A DNA stretch of 63,292 bases, filler included, from Octopus bimaculoides (GCF_001194135.2; 5 parts of 4 records of this genome joined end to end with filler, not necessarily neighbours in it); one strand, 5' to 3'; positions 24,131 to 37,607 are shown, numbered from the whole stretch's first letter. Notes: generated by a model not told the origin, from the sequence alone. Numbers and translations are program-made.

Positions 24131-25182
24131 TCATTTATTGTGAGTGCCAAGTGTAAACATTAATGAACTCTGATAAAATAAATGAACTCAACTACCTTGT
24201 GTGTCTCTGGGTGATGTTCAAAGTATTAGTAATAGGAACTGATTGTGTTGTGTGTGTGTGTGTGTGTGAACAACTTCAAGCCTACACTACCTGAAGTTTC
24301 ACAGACGCAAAATATATCTGACTGCTCGGACGCTTACCTCTGAGTGGCAAAACGTTTAGAGCTCCTAAAAAACCGTTTGATTATCTTTGGATGGTGACCG
24401 AAGCTTGTTTTTATTGGCTAGTTCAGATCACAAAGTATAATCCGTATCTCGATGACTGCTAATTTCAGCTAAATGAGAAATGATTATATTTTAATAACCA
24501 GAAGTAGTTTCTTTTGCTCAAGTTAGCAACTTTTGTTAAAACATAGGCTCGAAGTGTCCAAACATAACGAGGTAGGAAAGTGGAAATTTCGCTAACCTGA
24601 AAGAGCGCATATGTTGTGTAAATCTTCCTTGAAAGCATTGACTGTAAGTCCCGTGTATTCTCTCAGGATACCATCAGGTAGGTAATGGTCGACCTTTAGA
24701 GTAAGTGCTTAGAAACAGTTTTTTTTTTGGAACTGATACGTTAATGAATTCATTTAGTGCTATCCTTGGCAGCACTCCATCATAAAATACCACGGTCGTT
24801 TTTTCTAACGCTAATTGCAACAAATACACCAGTACACTCAGAACGGTGGGGCATTGTTTTATATCTTGTATGAGATAACATTGTCGCCTGGGACCCTTTT
24901 AAATCTTGCCTTCTTCAAAGACACCTCGAGTTGTGTGTGTGCGCGAGTATGTATGTGTGTATACGTGCGTGTTTTCGGCTATGAAATTACGTGATTCAAA
25001 ACTCAAGAATATCGTACGTTGCACCAATCAAGTTTGAAATTTTCGCTCCTTGAATCACTTACGTAATCTTACAGCTGAATAACAAAAATATATGCTCTTA
25101 TGTACCGAGTGCCGTTTCTCCACTTTCTTCCAGCAACCTTGTATGCAAGAGTGTGTATGTGTATGTATGTATATGTATATCA

Positions 25183-25408
25183 GGGCGGCGTGCTGGCAGA
25201 ATCATTAGCACGCTGGGCAACATGCTTAGCGCTATTTCGTCTGCCGTTACTTTCTGAGTTCAAATTCCACCGAGGTCGACTTTGCTTTTCATCCTTTCGA
25301 GGTCGATTAAATAAGTACCAGTTACGCACTGGGGTCGATGTAATCGTCTTAATTCCTTTGTCTGTCCTTGTTTGTCCCCTCTGTTTAGCCTCCTGTGGGC
25401 AATAAAGA
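25183..25408 (+). mobile_element. SINE family B (B2 tail)
   Basis: Matches 20876-21103. Confidence 0.9.
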
Positions 25409-25428
25409 AAAATGTGTGTGTATATATA

Positions 25429-25528
25429 NNNNNNNNNNNNNNNNNNNNNNNNNNNNNNNNNNNNNNNNNNNNTTAATTAATTAANNNNNNNNNNNNNNNN
25501 NNNNNNNNNNNNNNNNNNNNNNNNNNNN
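25429..25528. other. Artificial scaffold-join spacer
   Basis: 44 N + TTAATTAATTAA + 44 N; the 12-mer has stops in all six frames. Confidence 0.95.
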
Positions 25529-25605
25529 TGTAACGTTGCCAGTGTTAGCGCATTTGTGTGTGTGTGTGTGTGTGTTTACATATATGTCTAGTAGTGATAC
25601 AATTT

Positions 25606-25679
<74 letters not shown>

Positions 25680-25739
25680 GCTGGTGGTGCTGGTGGTGGC
25701 AACGGCAACGGCAACGGCAGCAGCAACAGCAGCAGCAGC

Positions 25740-25773
<34 letters not shown>

Positions 25774-25920
25774 AGGGCAGGGGTCACGAGGATGAGGCTA
25801 GTTGCAACTTTGGTAGTGTTTGTAAACAGACTGATAGTAGTAGTCGTAGTAGCAGTAGTAATAGGTGTTGTCGCTATTGCTATTGTTGCTGTTGTTGTGG
25901 TCGTGGTAGTGGTTATTACT
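25606..25920. repeat. Compound trinucleotide tract (AGT)(GGT)(GCA)
   Basis: Directly visible. A similar tract lies at 44950-45305. Confidence 0.9.
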
Positions 25921-26184
25921 TAACCCATGCAGTGCTAAAAAGTGCGGATTAAGCTTTACCAGAATGGAAGATATCACTCATGTCGTCAATAGCGATTTAT
26001 AAATATCTACAAAATATACTTTCTCATAAGACATTATAATGTCGCTAAGACTGTCTAAGATGCTATAAGAAGAAAGCATTGACCTGACGGTCATACCAAA
26101 GGTATACATGAACCATAAAGTACCTTTGCTTTTAAAAATAACGAATGATTGTTGGAAAATCTAATATATACAGCAATCTGGTGC

Positions 26185-26352
26185 AAGCACAATAGATCAG
26201 ACATAATTGTATGGGACTATGATCATAAGTCAGGCAATGTTGTAGAGATCAGCTGCCCAAGAGATGTGTGCATATCTCTTGAAAAGTTAGGGAGAACTGA
26301 TTAGAAACATACAGCTCTTACATCCAGGCTACAGATTTTCATTTTTTCCTAT
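26185..26352 (+). mobile_element. Restriction-like endonuclease LINE fragment (R4/NeSL-type)
   Basis: KHNRSDIIVWDYDHKSGNVVEISCPRD, then a frameshift to LIRNIQLLHPGYRFSFFPI. Confidence 0.75.
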
Positions 26353-26414
26353 TACACTGTAACACATTTTTTTTATCCTTGTTAGCAACTGTTATTTCCT
26401 ATTTGCGTACCCCT

Positions 26415-26541
26415 GTGGAGGCGCAGTGGCCCGGTGGTTAGGGCAGCGGACTCGCGGTCATAGGATCGCGGTTTCGATTCCCAGACCGGGCGTTGTGAGT
26501 GTTTATTGAGCGAAAACACCTAAAGCTCCACGAGGCTCAGG
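26415..26541 (+). mobile_element. SINE family C, 5' part
   Basis: gtggaggcgcagtggcccggtggttagggcagcggactcgcgg...ggtttcgattcccagacc matches the other C copies. 3' truncated at a (TG)n tract. Confidence 0.85.
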
Positions 26542-27499
26542 CATATGTGTGTATGTGTGTGTGTGTGTGTGTGTGCGTGCGTGTGTGTGTGCGTGCGCGC
26601 ACAGAGACATGTAGGAAGTAAATAGACACCTTTAATTTTCAAAATCTTTTTGATATTAATTGGTTGAAAGAGAGGTTTTCTTGTAGCTGCTCATCCATAA
26701 TACCCAAGCTTATGCAGATATGTAACACACGTTCNNNNNNNNNNNNNNNNNNNNNNNNNNNNNNNNNNNNNNNNNNNNNNNNNNNNNNNNNNNNNNNNNN
26801 NNNNNNNNNNNNNNNNNNNNNNNNNNNNNNNNNNNNNNNNNNNNNNNNNNNNNNNNNNNNNNNNNNNNNNNNNNNNNNNNNNNNNNNNNNNNNNNNNNNN
26901 NNNNNNNNNNNNNNNNNNNNNNNNNNNNNNNNNNNNNNNNNNNNNNNNNNNNNNNNNNNNNNNNNNNNNNNNNNNNNNNNNNNNNNNNNNNNNNNNNNNN
27001 NNNNNNNNNNNNNNNNNNNNNNNNNNNNNNNNNNNNNNNNNNNNNNNNNNNNNNNNNNNNNNNNNNNNNNNNNNNNNNNNNNNNNNNNNNNNNNNNNNNN
27101 NNNNNNNNNNNNNNNNNNNNNNNNNNNNNNNNNNNNNNNNNNNNNNNNNNNNNNNNNNNNNNNNNNNNNNNNNNNNNNNNNNNNNNNNNNNNNNNNNNNN
27201 NNNNNNNNNNNNNNNNNNNNNNNNNNNNNNNNNNNNNNNNNNNNNNNNNNNNNNNNNNNNNNNNNNNNNNNNNNNNNNNNNNNNNNNNNNNNNNNNNNNN
27301 NNNNNNNNNNNNNNNNNNNNNNNNNNNNNNNNNNNNNNNNNNNNNNNNNNNNNNNNNNNNNNNNNNNNNNNNNNNNNNNNNNNNNNNNNNCCGCAACATA
27401 GTATGGTGCACAGCATCCCATCTATAAAGGATGGGTTGAAATGATCATCGTACAAAATAAAGAGTTATACCAGTTCCATCTTCTGTTTACTTAATCGAT

Positions 27500-27573
<74 letters not shown>

Positions 27574-28709
27574 TACACGTTAACCATGAATCTCAAGAGC
27601 TGCCAAGACTTAAACAAAAGAGCCTTGCCACGTTGTAAGTGACCGGCTTAAATTCTTCAAAGGGTAATAAAACGTAAAAAGAAATTCCCGTGACACATAC
27701 ATACAAATGTATGTATATATGTATAAATACACATACATTTCATGTACATCTGTATTTATCTATTTGCATGTGTGTGTGTGTGTGTGGTATATAAAATGTG
27801 TGTGTGTGTAAGTGTGTGTGTGTGTGTGTACGCTGACGCATACGCACATATGTACTTTGTAAAGGGAGAGAGAGAGGCACCTCAGAACACGAATTAGAAA
27901 AAAGAAATACTAAATAAACAAGTTCTACATAGCAACATAACATAAACAACTCCAACAACAAATAATGCTTACCACCTCCTCCCTACCCACACCACCTGTC
28001 TCATATTCACCGGGTATTTCAGTATTTCAGTATAGAAACACACACACACACACACAAATATATATAAATTACATTACATATATATTTTTTTAATTCTATA
28101 TATATATACATATATATTATGTATGTGTGTGTGTATATACATTATATTATATTATATCATGTATGTATGTATGTATGTATGTATGTATGTATATATATAT
28201 ATATCCTCTTACCGTCATTCGTTTTTGTAAGCCACCCGGATATTAAACAACAGAACAACTGTTCTCTATACGGGTACACCGTGACGACAATTCCAGGTGA
28301 ATCCCCACTGTTTTCTTTTTCGCTTCCCTTCCTTCTTTCCTTCTTTCCTTCCTTCTTTCTTTCTTTCCTTCTTTCTTTCTTTCTTTCTCCTTTTCTATCC
28401 TTCTTTATTCTTTTTCATTTTCTTCTCACCCTTTTTGCGTCTGCATTCCAAATAATTGTGTGTCTATATTTGATTTATCATTGTATTGCGGTATGTATGT
28501 TTGTATGTTTGCATGTATGCATGTATGTATGTATGTATGTGTGTGTGTATGTATGCATGCACTAATGTCGGCATGCATGTAAGGGTGTATGTATGCATAT
28601 AAACATATATATATGAATGAATATATATTTCATTAGGCGTGCGTCTGTGTGCATAAATGTAAATATGATTGTATGAAAGCACACACACGCACACACACAC
28701 ACACACATG

Positions 28710-28742
<33 letters not shown>

Positions 28743-29244
28743 GTATGCATGTATTTCATTCTGTTTCGTCTGTTGCTCAGACCCTATCTCTCTCTTTCTC
28801 TTTCTCCCTCTCTTTCTCACACACCTCCACGCACATACATGCACACGCATGCACACACATGTCATATTTGATAAAATAGAAAAAGAAATTAGCAACATGA
28901 TTGTGAAAGTAAACAAGGTAGTTATACACAATTTTTATGTCTTTGTGGACGAAAAAAGAGGCATTGATAATAGTTTCTAGTTCTTAAACTTTCACCAGAA
29001 AAATAACAACCATCGGCTGTCCACGAAGAAATTTCCTTATCGTTATTTATCGTGCTTATAATCCTGAAATCCAGAGATAAATAAGCGCCTTGTCATTATT
29101 CATAATAAATATAATCCTGAAATCCAGCAACAAATTATCAGCTTATCGCTATTTAAAGTGTATACAATCCTGAACACAGAAAGTGGTGCTTCTAATTTGC
29201 ATAACAGTGGATACAATGACAACGTGATGAAATAATTGATAATA

Positions 29245-29456
29245 CTTTCCACTACAGGCACGAGACCTGAAATTTTTAGGAGAGGAGACTAGTCGATTAC
29301 ATAAACTCCAGGGTTCATCTGCTATTTATTTCACCGTCCCCGAATGGATGAAAGACAAATTCGACCTCGGCGGAATTTGAACTCAGAACATAAAGACGGA
29401 TGAAATGCCGCTAAGCATTTTGTCCGGCGTGTTAACGATTCTGCCAACTCACAGCC
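29245..29456 (-). mobile_element. SINE family B (B1 tail)
   Basis: gatgaaagacaaattcgacctcggcggaatttgaactcagaac core plus B1 tail on the minus strand. Confidence 0.85.
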
Positions 29457-29724
29457 TAAATGAAAAAATTAATAATGCTATACAAGGTGGTTAAATGGTT
29501 GTAGATAAATTGAAATTAACTACGTTATCTGCGCCTGCACTGTTATGCAAATTACAGTGACTAATTTAGTTTGTATTACTTTTTATCGTTTTGTCATGAG
29601 CGAAGCTGTGCCTATCACCCTTTTTGAGTTGTCTTAGAGTTAGGTTCATCATGAGCTCTAGGACTCATAAAGTCAGAAGTTAGCTTAACTTCCATGGCTT
29701 ATAAGTGACTGAGCCTTGTGAAGG

Positions 29725-30020
29725 CGCTTTGATCTGTGGTTAGATCAATCATGAAGTAGTGCGGTTCCCAGATCGGGATGTGAGTTGAGCAAGACACTTT
29801 ATTCCACGTTGTTCCAGTCCACTCAGCTATAGAACTGAGTCGCGATGTCTCTGGTACCAAGCTGTATCGGTCTTTACCTTTCTTTTGGATAGCATCGATG
29901 GCGTGGAGAGGAGACACTGGCATGCATGGACGACTGCATCTCCAGACTTGTGTCTCAGAGGGGAACTTTCTAGGTGCAATCCTATGATCATTCATGACCG
30001 AAGGGGGTCTTTATCCTTTA
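29725..30020 (+). mobile_element. SINE family E (D-like head, different body)
   Basis: Degenerate tRNA head, ttgagcaagacactttattccacgttgttccagtccactcagct core, distinct 3' body ending gaagggggtctttatcc. Other D/E-like heads at 30060-30255 (-) and 30362-30435 (+). Confidence 0.7.
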
Positions 30021-30939
30021 CTCTTTATAAGTGACCGTGAAATTATAACACACACCTGCCCCAGAACGGGACGCTAGTCCATCGCGGGGTTAACTTTCCA
30101 ACTATTCCTGGAACTCATTTACAGCTGAGTGGACGTGAGCAACGGGAAATGAAGTATTTTTGCACAAGAACACAATGTACAGGAATAGAAACACCCGGGA
30201 ATTGAAACCTCGATTATACAATCATGAGTGCAACACCTTAACCATGAGGCCCACACGAATTCACCAATCTCACAGGCCCTGTAAAGGCCTATAGGATCGG
30301 TGGGAAGGAAGGAAGAACCTAGCCTAATATTCATGGCTTATAAGTGACTGATCCATGTGAAGGTGCATGGCCCAGTGGTTAGATCCTCGGGCTCACAATC
30401 ATGAGGTTTTGAGTTCGATTCCCGGTCCAGTGGACTCTGCTAAAAGGACCCAAAGTGCTATGTGGTGGTGTTAATGCAGGCAAACGAACATGTTAGTAAC
30501 TCTGGGAGACCACAGCGGGATTTGAAATCTGAAAGCAAAGAACCGGAACAAATAATGCAAAACTTCTACTTCCGACATTTCCTCCTAGTTTAGCAACTGT
30601 TTTTCTTTTTATAGATCCAAAAAAGGATCACAGACTAAGTTACTTTCCGTAAGAGTGTTTAACAGACGTCTGTACTCTTAAAGTGACACAGCATGCGTGA
30701 AAAGACTGTAGCTTTTGAATTACTAGTACATTCTACCCGAAGGGCATCTATTTAGTTTTCATCAACCCATTTTCACTAACAAGATATGGGCCGACTCGAA
30801 ACCTAACAAAATAACGGAAGCCCACGCAGTGGTATAGAACTCGAAACCTAATGGTGAAGAAACGAACATTTTAGCCAACCATTCGGCCATACTGCACCTG
30901 TATACACTTTCAGTTACGGTGAAATGACAGAATCGTAAG

Positions 30940-31465
30940 ATCATCGGCCGAAATGTCCACCGGTATTTATTCCCGGCTTCTCGCCTTTTGTGTTGAAACC
31001 TCACCAAGGTTAATTTTACCTTTATGTCCTTCCGGGATCGATAAAATAACCGTTTAACCCAGTGGACTAGTGTAAATGATAGAGCATTGGTTATGATAAC
31101 ATGCAGTGTTTGTTCCGGTTCTTTGAGCTCTGAGTTCAAATCCTGCCATGACTTTCTTGGGTGGTTGACTGAATTCATTACCTGATATAACACCACCATC
31201 ACCACCTGGAACCCTGGGTGATCATATCAGCGTCTTCTCTGTTGCAAGCATTCGAGCTAGACCTCCGGTTTGAAAATACCTTCCCACCAACCGTTATGAA
31301 TTAAGAAGTACTATTGACCCACTGCTTGTCTGGTAGCTGATTTTATCGACCCCGAAGGTATGAAACGTAAATTTGATTTCGGCAGGATTTTTTACCCAGA
31401 AGATAAAAACTTGGAACAAATCCTGCATGATATTTTGCCTGACGCCAATCTGCCGCCTTTAGATG
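30940..31465. mobile_element. Cluster of old family-B SINE fragments in both orientations
   Basis: Degenerate cores at about 31020-31060 (+) and 31340-31400 (-). Confidence 0.6.
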
Positions 31466-32474
31466 CCAAACAAAATTCAATAAGATTGTTTCTTCTCTTC
31501 ACAGACAATATTTTTTTAATAACCTTTACGTATTTTATTCCTCTTTCATTTAATAAATGGTTTTCATAGTTTCTAATAAAGATTGTTTGAGAAAAAAATA
31601 TATATACACACACACATACATACACATACGCATTCATACGCACACACAAAGTCCTTGGGTGTCAGATGTATATGCTGGTTTGTTTAACAAGTATTAATGT
31701 TTAGCTATTTATTTTTAATATGTTTTCTTGCTCCGTTTTGTTCAGTAATGTCAGAAATTGAATTGCTATGTACGCTCTTTCATTGCCAACGTCTTAAGAT
31801 GGCATTTTCTCGAGTCGATTATAATTTAAATCATCCGTTCTTAATAATTATTGTTGTCTGTCCTTTCTCTATCCTGTTACATTCGCCATGTTACTCGAGC
31901 TTCTGTTTCATATTTGCTGACTTCCTTGAATACATGAAAAGAGTTCTTTTCTTCTCATTTTTCTTTTGGTTTTGTTCATGCTTTATAGCTATTTATCATT
32001 GTTTCCCTTTATTCTTTATTAGTTAATGACTGTGAGTTTAAAGTCGACATTTCATAATAATCTTCTCGTTGCAAAACTACTCCTACCTCTCTGTATGCGT
32101 GGTAATTATAATCGTAATCGTTCTGCGCTTGTTTACGGTTGGCATATTATATATAACAAGCGAAAATACACACACACACACACACTACTCCATCTCTCTC
32201 CCTCCCCACCACATACGCATTTATACATGGGTAAGCGTCTTTTCTTCTATTAATACCGACCAATGCTTTGGGAGTGAATTCAGTAACAGGAAACTATGTG
32301 GAATCCTGTTTATGTATATATATATATATATNNNNNNNNNNNNNNNNNNNNNNNNNNNNNNNNNNNNNNNNNNNNNNNNNNNNNNNNNNNNNNNNNNNNN
32401 NNNNTATACATATACATATACATATAGATACACAAGCGCACACATATGCTCGCACACACACACATGCATACGCG

Positions 32475-32524
<50 letters not shown>

Positions 32525-33305
32525 TATGACTGAGAATATAAGTATTTGTTTTTTGTGTTTGTGTTTGCCCCCACCTCACCGCTTGGTTACCGGTGTTGAT
32601 TTGGTTTCGCGCCGACTATTGCACTTATCAATATTAGCGATTTTTCAAACATGATGAAAATAGCTTCTTTTATACTGAAAAGAACCAAAACAAAAGTGAA
32701 AATTATTAAATTTTTCAGTAAAGGAGAGATACTTCCCATGGATAGACGTCGTCCGTGGTTGAACTGTGTCACTTGCATGGGTGTACATACAAACTATTTT
32801 TCGCTCATGACGACAGCACTCGAATATCTCGCATTTTGTGTTCAAGAAAACGACTGGATCACGTGAACTTTGCAGAATGGTTCTCCCTTCTAGTTAGCGG
32901 AGCTTGCAACGCCTACTTCCATCCAAATATGACTCAGAAAGTTCATGCAATTTCCATTTGATTTTGTACGGCTTTCTTTTTTTCTTTTAATCGCCATATA
33001 TAACTAGCTAACGTTGTAACATTGCGCATTTTATGGATTCTAAAAGAGAATCTATGATAATTCAACCCGGCTTCAAAGGACCCCTCCATTGCACCGACAT
33101 ATTTCTGTTTCTGTATTGCTCCATCGCTAGTAGACTTCATTTTTGTTTCATAGAGCACGGCTATGCTCCTTTGTAAAATGCAAGAACTCCTCCTCCTGTT
33201 CCTCTTCCTCCTACTACTATTCCTCCTCCTCTTCTTCTTATTCCATTTCCTCCTCCTCCTCCTTCTCATCATCATCATCATCATTATCGAGTGAGGTTTT
33301 TTTTC

Positions 33306-33623
33306 AGTACTTGCTTCATCGGTTTCTTTTGCCGAATTACAAAGTTAAAGGGACGTAAACACACCAACGCCGGTTGTCAAGCGGTGATGGAGAGAACTAA
33401 CGCAGGCACAAAGGCACGCGCATATATATATAAGTGTGTGTGAGTGCGCGCGCGCGCGCGTGACAGGCGTCTTTTAGTTTCCGTCTACGAAATCCACTCA
33501 CAAAGCTTTGGTCGGCCCGACGCTATAGTAAAAGACACTTGCCCAAGGTACCACGCAGTAGGACTGAACCCGGAACTATATGGTTAGGAAGCAAGCTTCT
33601 TTACCCACAGCCACGCCTGCGCC
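33306..33623 (-). mobile_element. SINE family A, diverged
   Basis: tttccgtctacgaaatccactcacaaagctttggtcggccc..ccacagccacgcctgcgcc. Confidence 0.85.
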
Positions 33624-34167
33624 TGTGTATGTATGTATGTATGTATGTATGTATGTATATGAAACATTAATATTCTAGCAAAAGCGTAGTTTCATTACGG
33701 TTCCATTTGAGTTAAATGGAGTATCCTTTGATTCTTCGTTTTCTTTTCTTTTTTACACAACCATCGGAGCGCGAATCGCTCCTCACGAACGCAGTTCGTG
33801 AGACGGTTGTGATCTGTAAACAGTTTTCACTAGGAACCGGAGAAAGAAGAATAAACACAATTCGCATATACACACTGAATTCGTAAAACGGAACAGACGA
33901 TTAAAAACGCAATGCGCATGTTAAAATAAAACGGGAGACAAAAATAAAAACGCAATGTCTAACAAGTTATATGGCGGTCCGCATGCCACGACGAACACCA
34001 CTATCACGCAGCGTTGCTGCAATTTTCTTGTCTGGTCTTCCTGATTATGTGATAAATTTTATAATTCAATCACAAACACACTTCTCATACTTTGGTTTGC
34101 ATATACACAAATCTCCCCCTCTCTCTATCTCTCACTATATATATGTGTCTGTCTGGCTGTCTGGCTG

Positions 34168-34266
<99 letters not shown>

Positions 34267-35454
34267 NNNNNNNNNNNNNNNNNNNNNNNNNNNNNNNNNN
34301 NNNNNNNNNNNNNNNNNNNNNNNNNNNNNNNNNNNNNNNNNNNNNNNNNNNNNNNNNNNNNNNNNNNNNNNNNNNNNNNNNNNNNNNNNNNNNNNNNNNN
34401 NNNNNNNNNNNNNNNNNNNNNNNNNNNNNNNNNNNNNNNNNNNNNNNNNNNNNNNNNNNNNNNNNNNNNNNNNNNNNNNNNNNNNNNNNNNNNNNNNNNN
34501 NNNTATATATATATATATATATATGTACATATATACTGGCACACATATATATATATAGACACATACACACATATATACACATACATACATACAATATATG
34601 CGTGTGTGCATATAATATATGTATAGATGTATGATCTATCTCACACCTTCCTCCCTCTCTCTCTCTCTCTCTCTCTGTATATATATATATATATCACGTA
34701 AACATAAACATAAATACTGAAAAAGGAGAGAGAGATGGTCAGACAGAGGGAGAAAGAGACAGAAATTAATATGAGATATAATTCGTACAAATACACACTA
34801 CTATCTAACAACAATGCTTTAAGACTCTCCTAAAATGACTCTATGACGTCTCAAATATCTTTGAAACAGGCAGCCATTGTCTATTGTCTCTTTAGTTACA
34901 TAGCTCGTCCGTAGGGTGTCGCTGCAAGCATTCTGCGTGTCAGTGCGAGCGCAAGTGTGTATGTGTGTGTGTGTGTGTGTATGTCCCCATCTGTCTGCCT
35001 GTATGTCTGTTGTTGTAGCAGTTTTGTAGCCCCTGGTAAGCTATGTATGATTGAGTAGGTCTTTTAGCACAAGCATTCCAGCTATGAACCTTCCTTCTGT
35101 AGGAGGACAACATTAACTAATACGTTTGCTGCCTTATATGGGATACTAGAGCGAGAGTTCAGGTGTTATTGGCTGGTCTTTCTAGCAGGTTGATCACCCA
35201 CGTAGAACAATAGGTTTCAAAAACCAGGATACGCCAGCCAGAGAAATTACGGACATACAAGAAGTTTGTAAAAACATTGGAATTTCGAAGCAAATCAATG
35301 GTGTATCTTCAAATTTAGTAAATTGCGCGCGTGTGTGTGTGTACGTATGCATACACGTTACAGAGACTTCAAATGCAAAAAAGACACCCCCACCTCATTA
35401 TACCGTTTTAAATAAACTGAGCATTCCACACACACGCATACCCTTAATGTAGTT

Positions 35455-35650
35455 CTCAACAAGATTCAGCATGACACAAAATGTGACACGTCTGGCCCTT
35501 TGAATCGCATGTACAACTCAGTTTTGCTGGTTGAGGGGACTGGAGCAACGTGAAATAAAGTGTCTTTCACAAGGACACAACGCGCCGCCGGGAATCGAAC
35601 TCATGGCCTTAGAACGTGAGCCGAATACCCTAACCACTAAGCCACGTGCC
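35455..35650 (-). mobile_element. tRNA-derived SINE, family D
   Basis: Reverse complement shows A box gtggcttagtgg, B box gagttcgattcc, then gtgtccttgtgaaagacactttatttcacgttgctccagt. The body also occurs at 13265-13405 and 41108-41165, and the head at 20283-20352. Confidence 0.85.
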
Positions 35651-35921
35651 TTCATATATGAGATAGCTGCTAAATATCTAAAGAACAAGAGAGAGAAGGT
35701 AGCCTTTAAACTTCTACATTGTGATAGAAAATGCCGAGTGTGTTGCGCTAGTGCCGAAGATACCACCCACATCATCACTATCAACCAGAACAAATGTCTG
35801 AGGTGGTATCTTTCTATGAAAAATGGCATTATAACCAAAACCAATTTACAATGCCAAACGCAGGATAGAATGTCCTGACAGTCAAAGAAAAGTGTACAAG
35901 AGAACGAGAATATATCAAACA

Positions 35922-36175
35922 TTCTTTTATTCTTTTACTTGTTTCATTTGACTGCAGCCATGCCTTTTAGGGCTTTTTTTAGTCGAAGAAATCAGCCCCA
36001 GGATTTATTCTTTGTAAGCCTAGTACTTATTCTACCGGTCTCTATTGTCGAACCGCTAAGTTACAGGGACGTAAACACATCGACATCTGTTGTCAAGTGA
36101 TGGCGGTGGGGATCAAACACAGACACAAAAACACACGCATAAATACACACACGCATACATACATATATATATATA

Positions 36176-36233
<58 letters not shown>

Positions 36234-36391
36234 ACGGGCCTCTTTCAGTTTCCGTGTCTACCAAATCCACTCACAAGGCTTTGGTCGGCTCGAGGCTATA
36301 AAGGAAAAATACCTCCCCAAGTTGCCACGCTGTGGGACTGAACCCAGAACCACGTGGTTGGGAAGCAAGCTTCTTATCACACAGCCACGCC
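35922..36391 (-). mobile_element. SINE family A, near full length
   Basis: Matches the A consensus across head, internal microsatellite and tail. Confidence 0.9.
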
Positions 36392-37607
36392 AAAAGTTGA
36401 TATAAGATTTCAGTAGAAAAATGACCCACACTATGTAAACACAATAGATTTGATGTTTTGTGGAACACGGAGCAAAAATCATGCATTGTTTTAAAAGGTC
36501 AGCTCAGCTGATGTGAAAGTCTCGTCTAAAATTGGGGGAAACAACATCTATGGCAAATTGATGCAGAACTAACAGTTCTGGTATCCTGGTTACAGATTCT
36601 CCTTTGTACCTATTCTTATGGGGCCACTGGATAACGTAACAAAAAACCTCGAAATGTCAGGTTTTCCGAGTAAGAGCCAAATGAACTGAACGACATCCAC
36701 TAGGTAAAATTGATTAGCATTACTGTGAAATTTTGTGACATTATCCCAAAGCCTATAATCGCTGATAATGTCCGCATATGCACTTACATATATGTCCACA
36801 CTCATTCACATATTCACAAAATCCTGGAAATGTTTGGAATGGGAAGAAAACAGCTTTGCCCCTTTATTAGTCATAGGTTTCAACGCAATGAAGAACTGAA
36901 GTAAATAGCGAAGAACAAAGTACATCTAGAGAAAAAACAACTTGTTTTAAATCTCTGCGTGGGACATATACAGTAACAGTATCAAAGAGTAATGTTTAAA
37001 TGCCAACAGAATGTGGCAGTCCTATAAAGGACGATGTTACTGTTGTTATAGCCCCAGGAAAACATATTTTCCAGCTGGCTATTGGCACACAGTTTGGGAT
37101 CTTATATCATTCGCAGGGGAGGTTATCGCTGCCATCTCTAGCCTTATGTGATACTCACAGACCCAGGTTTCTAAGTGGTTATCTGTCCTCAGTGTGAGAC
37201 AATCACAGGCTAGTGACAAAAGCTTTCTCCACTTGCAAATTCTATATATTTTTTAAGCGACGCACAATCGCTGATCTCGTATAGAGAAAAACAACTTGTT
37301 TTAAATCTCTGAGTGAGAGATATACAGCAACAGTACCAAATAGTAATGCTTATATGTCAACAGAATGTGACACTCCAATAAAGGACGACGTTACCGGAGT
37401 CTGTGAGCATCACATAAGGCTAGAGATGGGAGCGATGAACATTGCGATTCTATACGGGCACAAACTGTGTGTCGATAGCCAGTTGGAAAAGATGCTTTCC
37501 TGAGACAATAACAACAGTAACATCGTCCTTTATAGGACCGCCACATTTTGTTAGTATATAAGCATGACTAAAGTACACACACATACACACACACATATAT
37601 ATATATA

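Noticed and set aside
25473-25484. TTAATTAATTAA as a recurring biological motif
   Set aside because: It is always centred in exactly 44+44 Ns, so it is an assembly linker.
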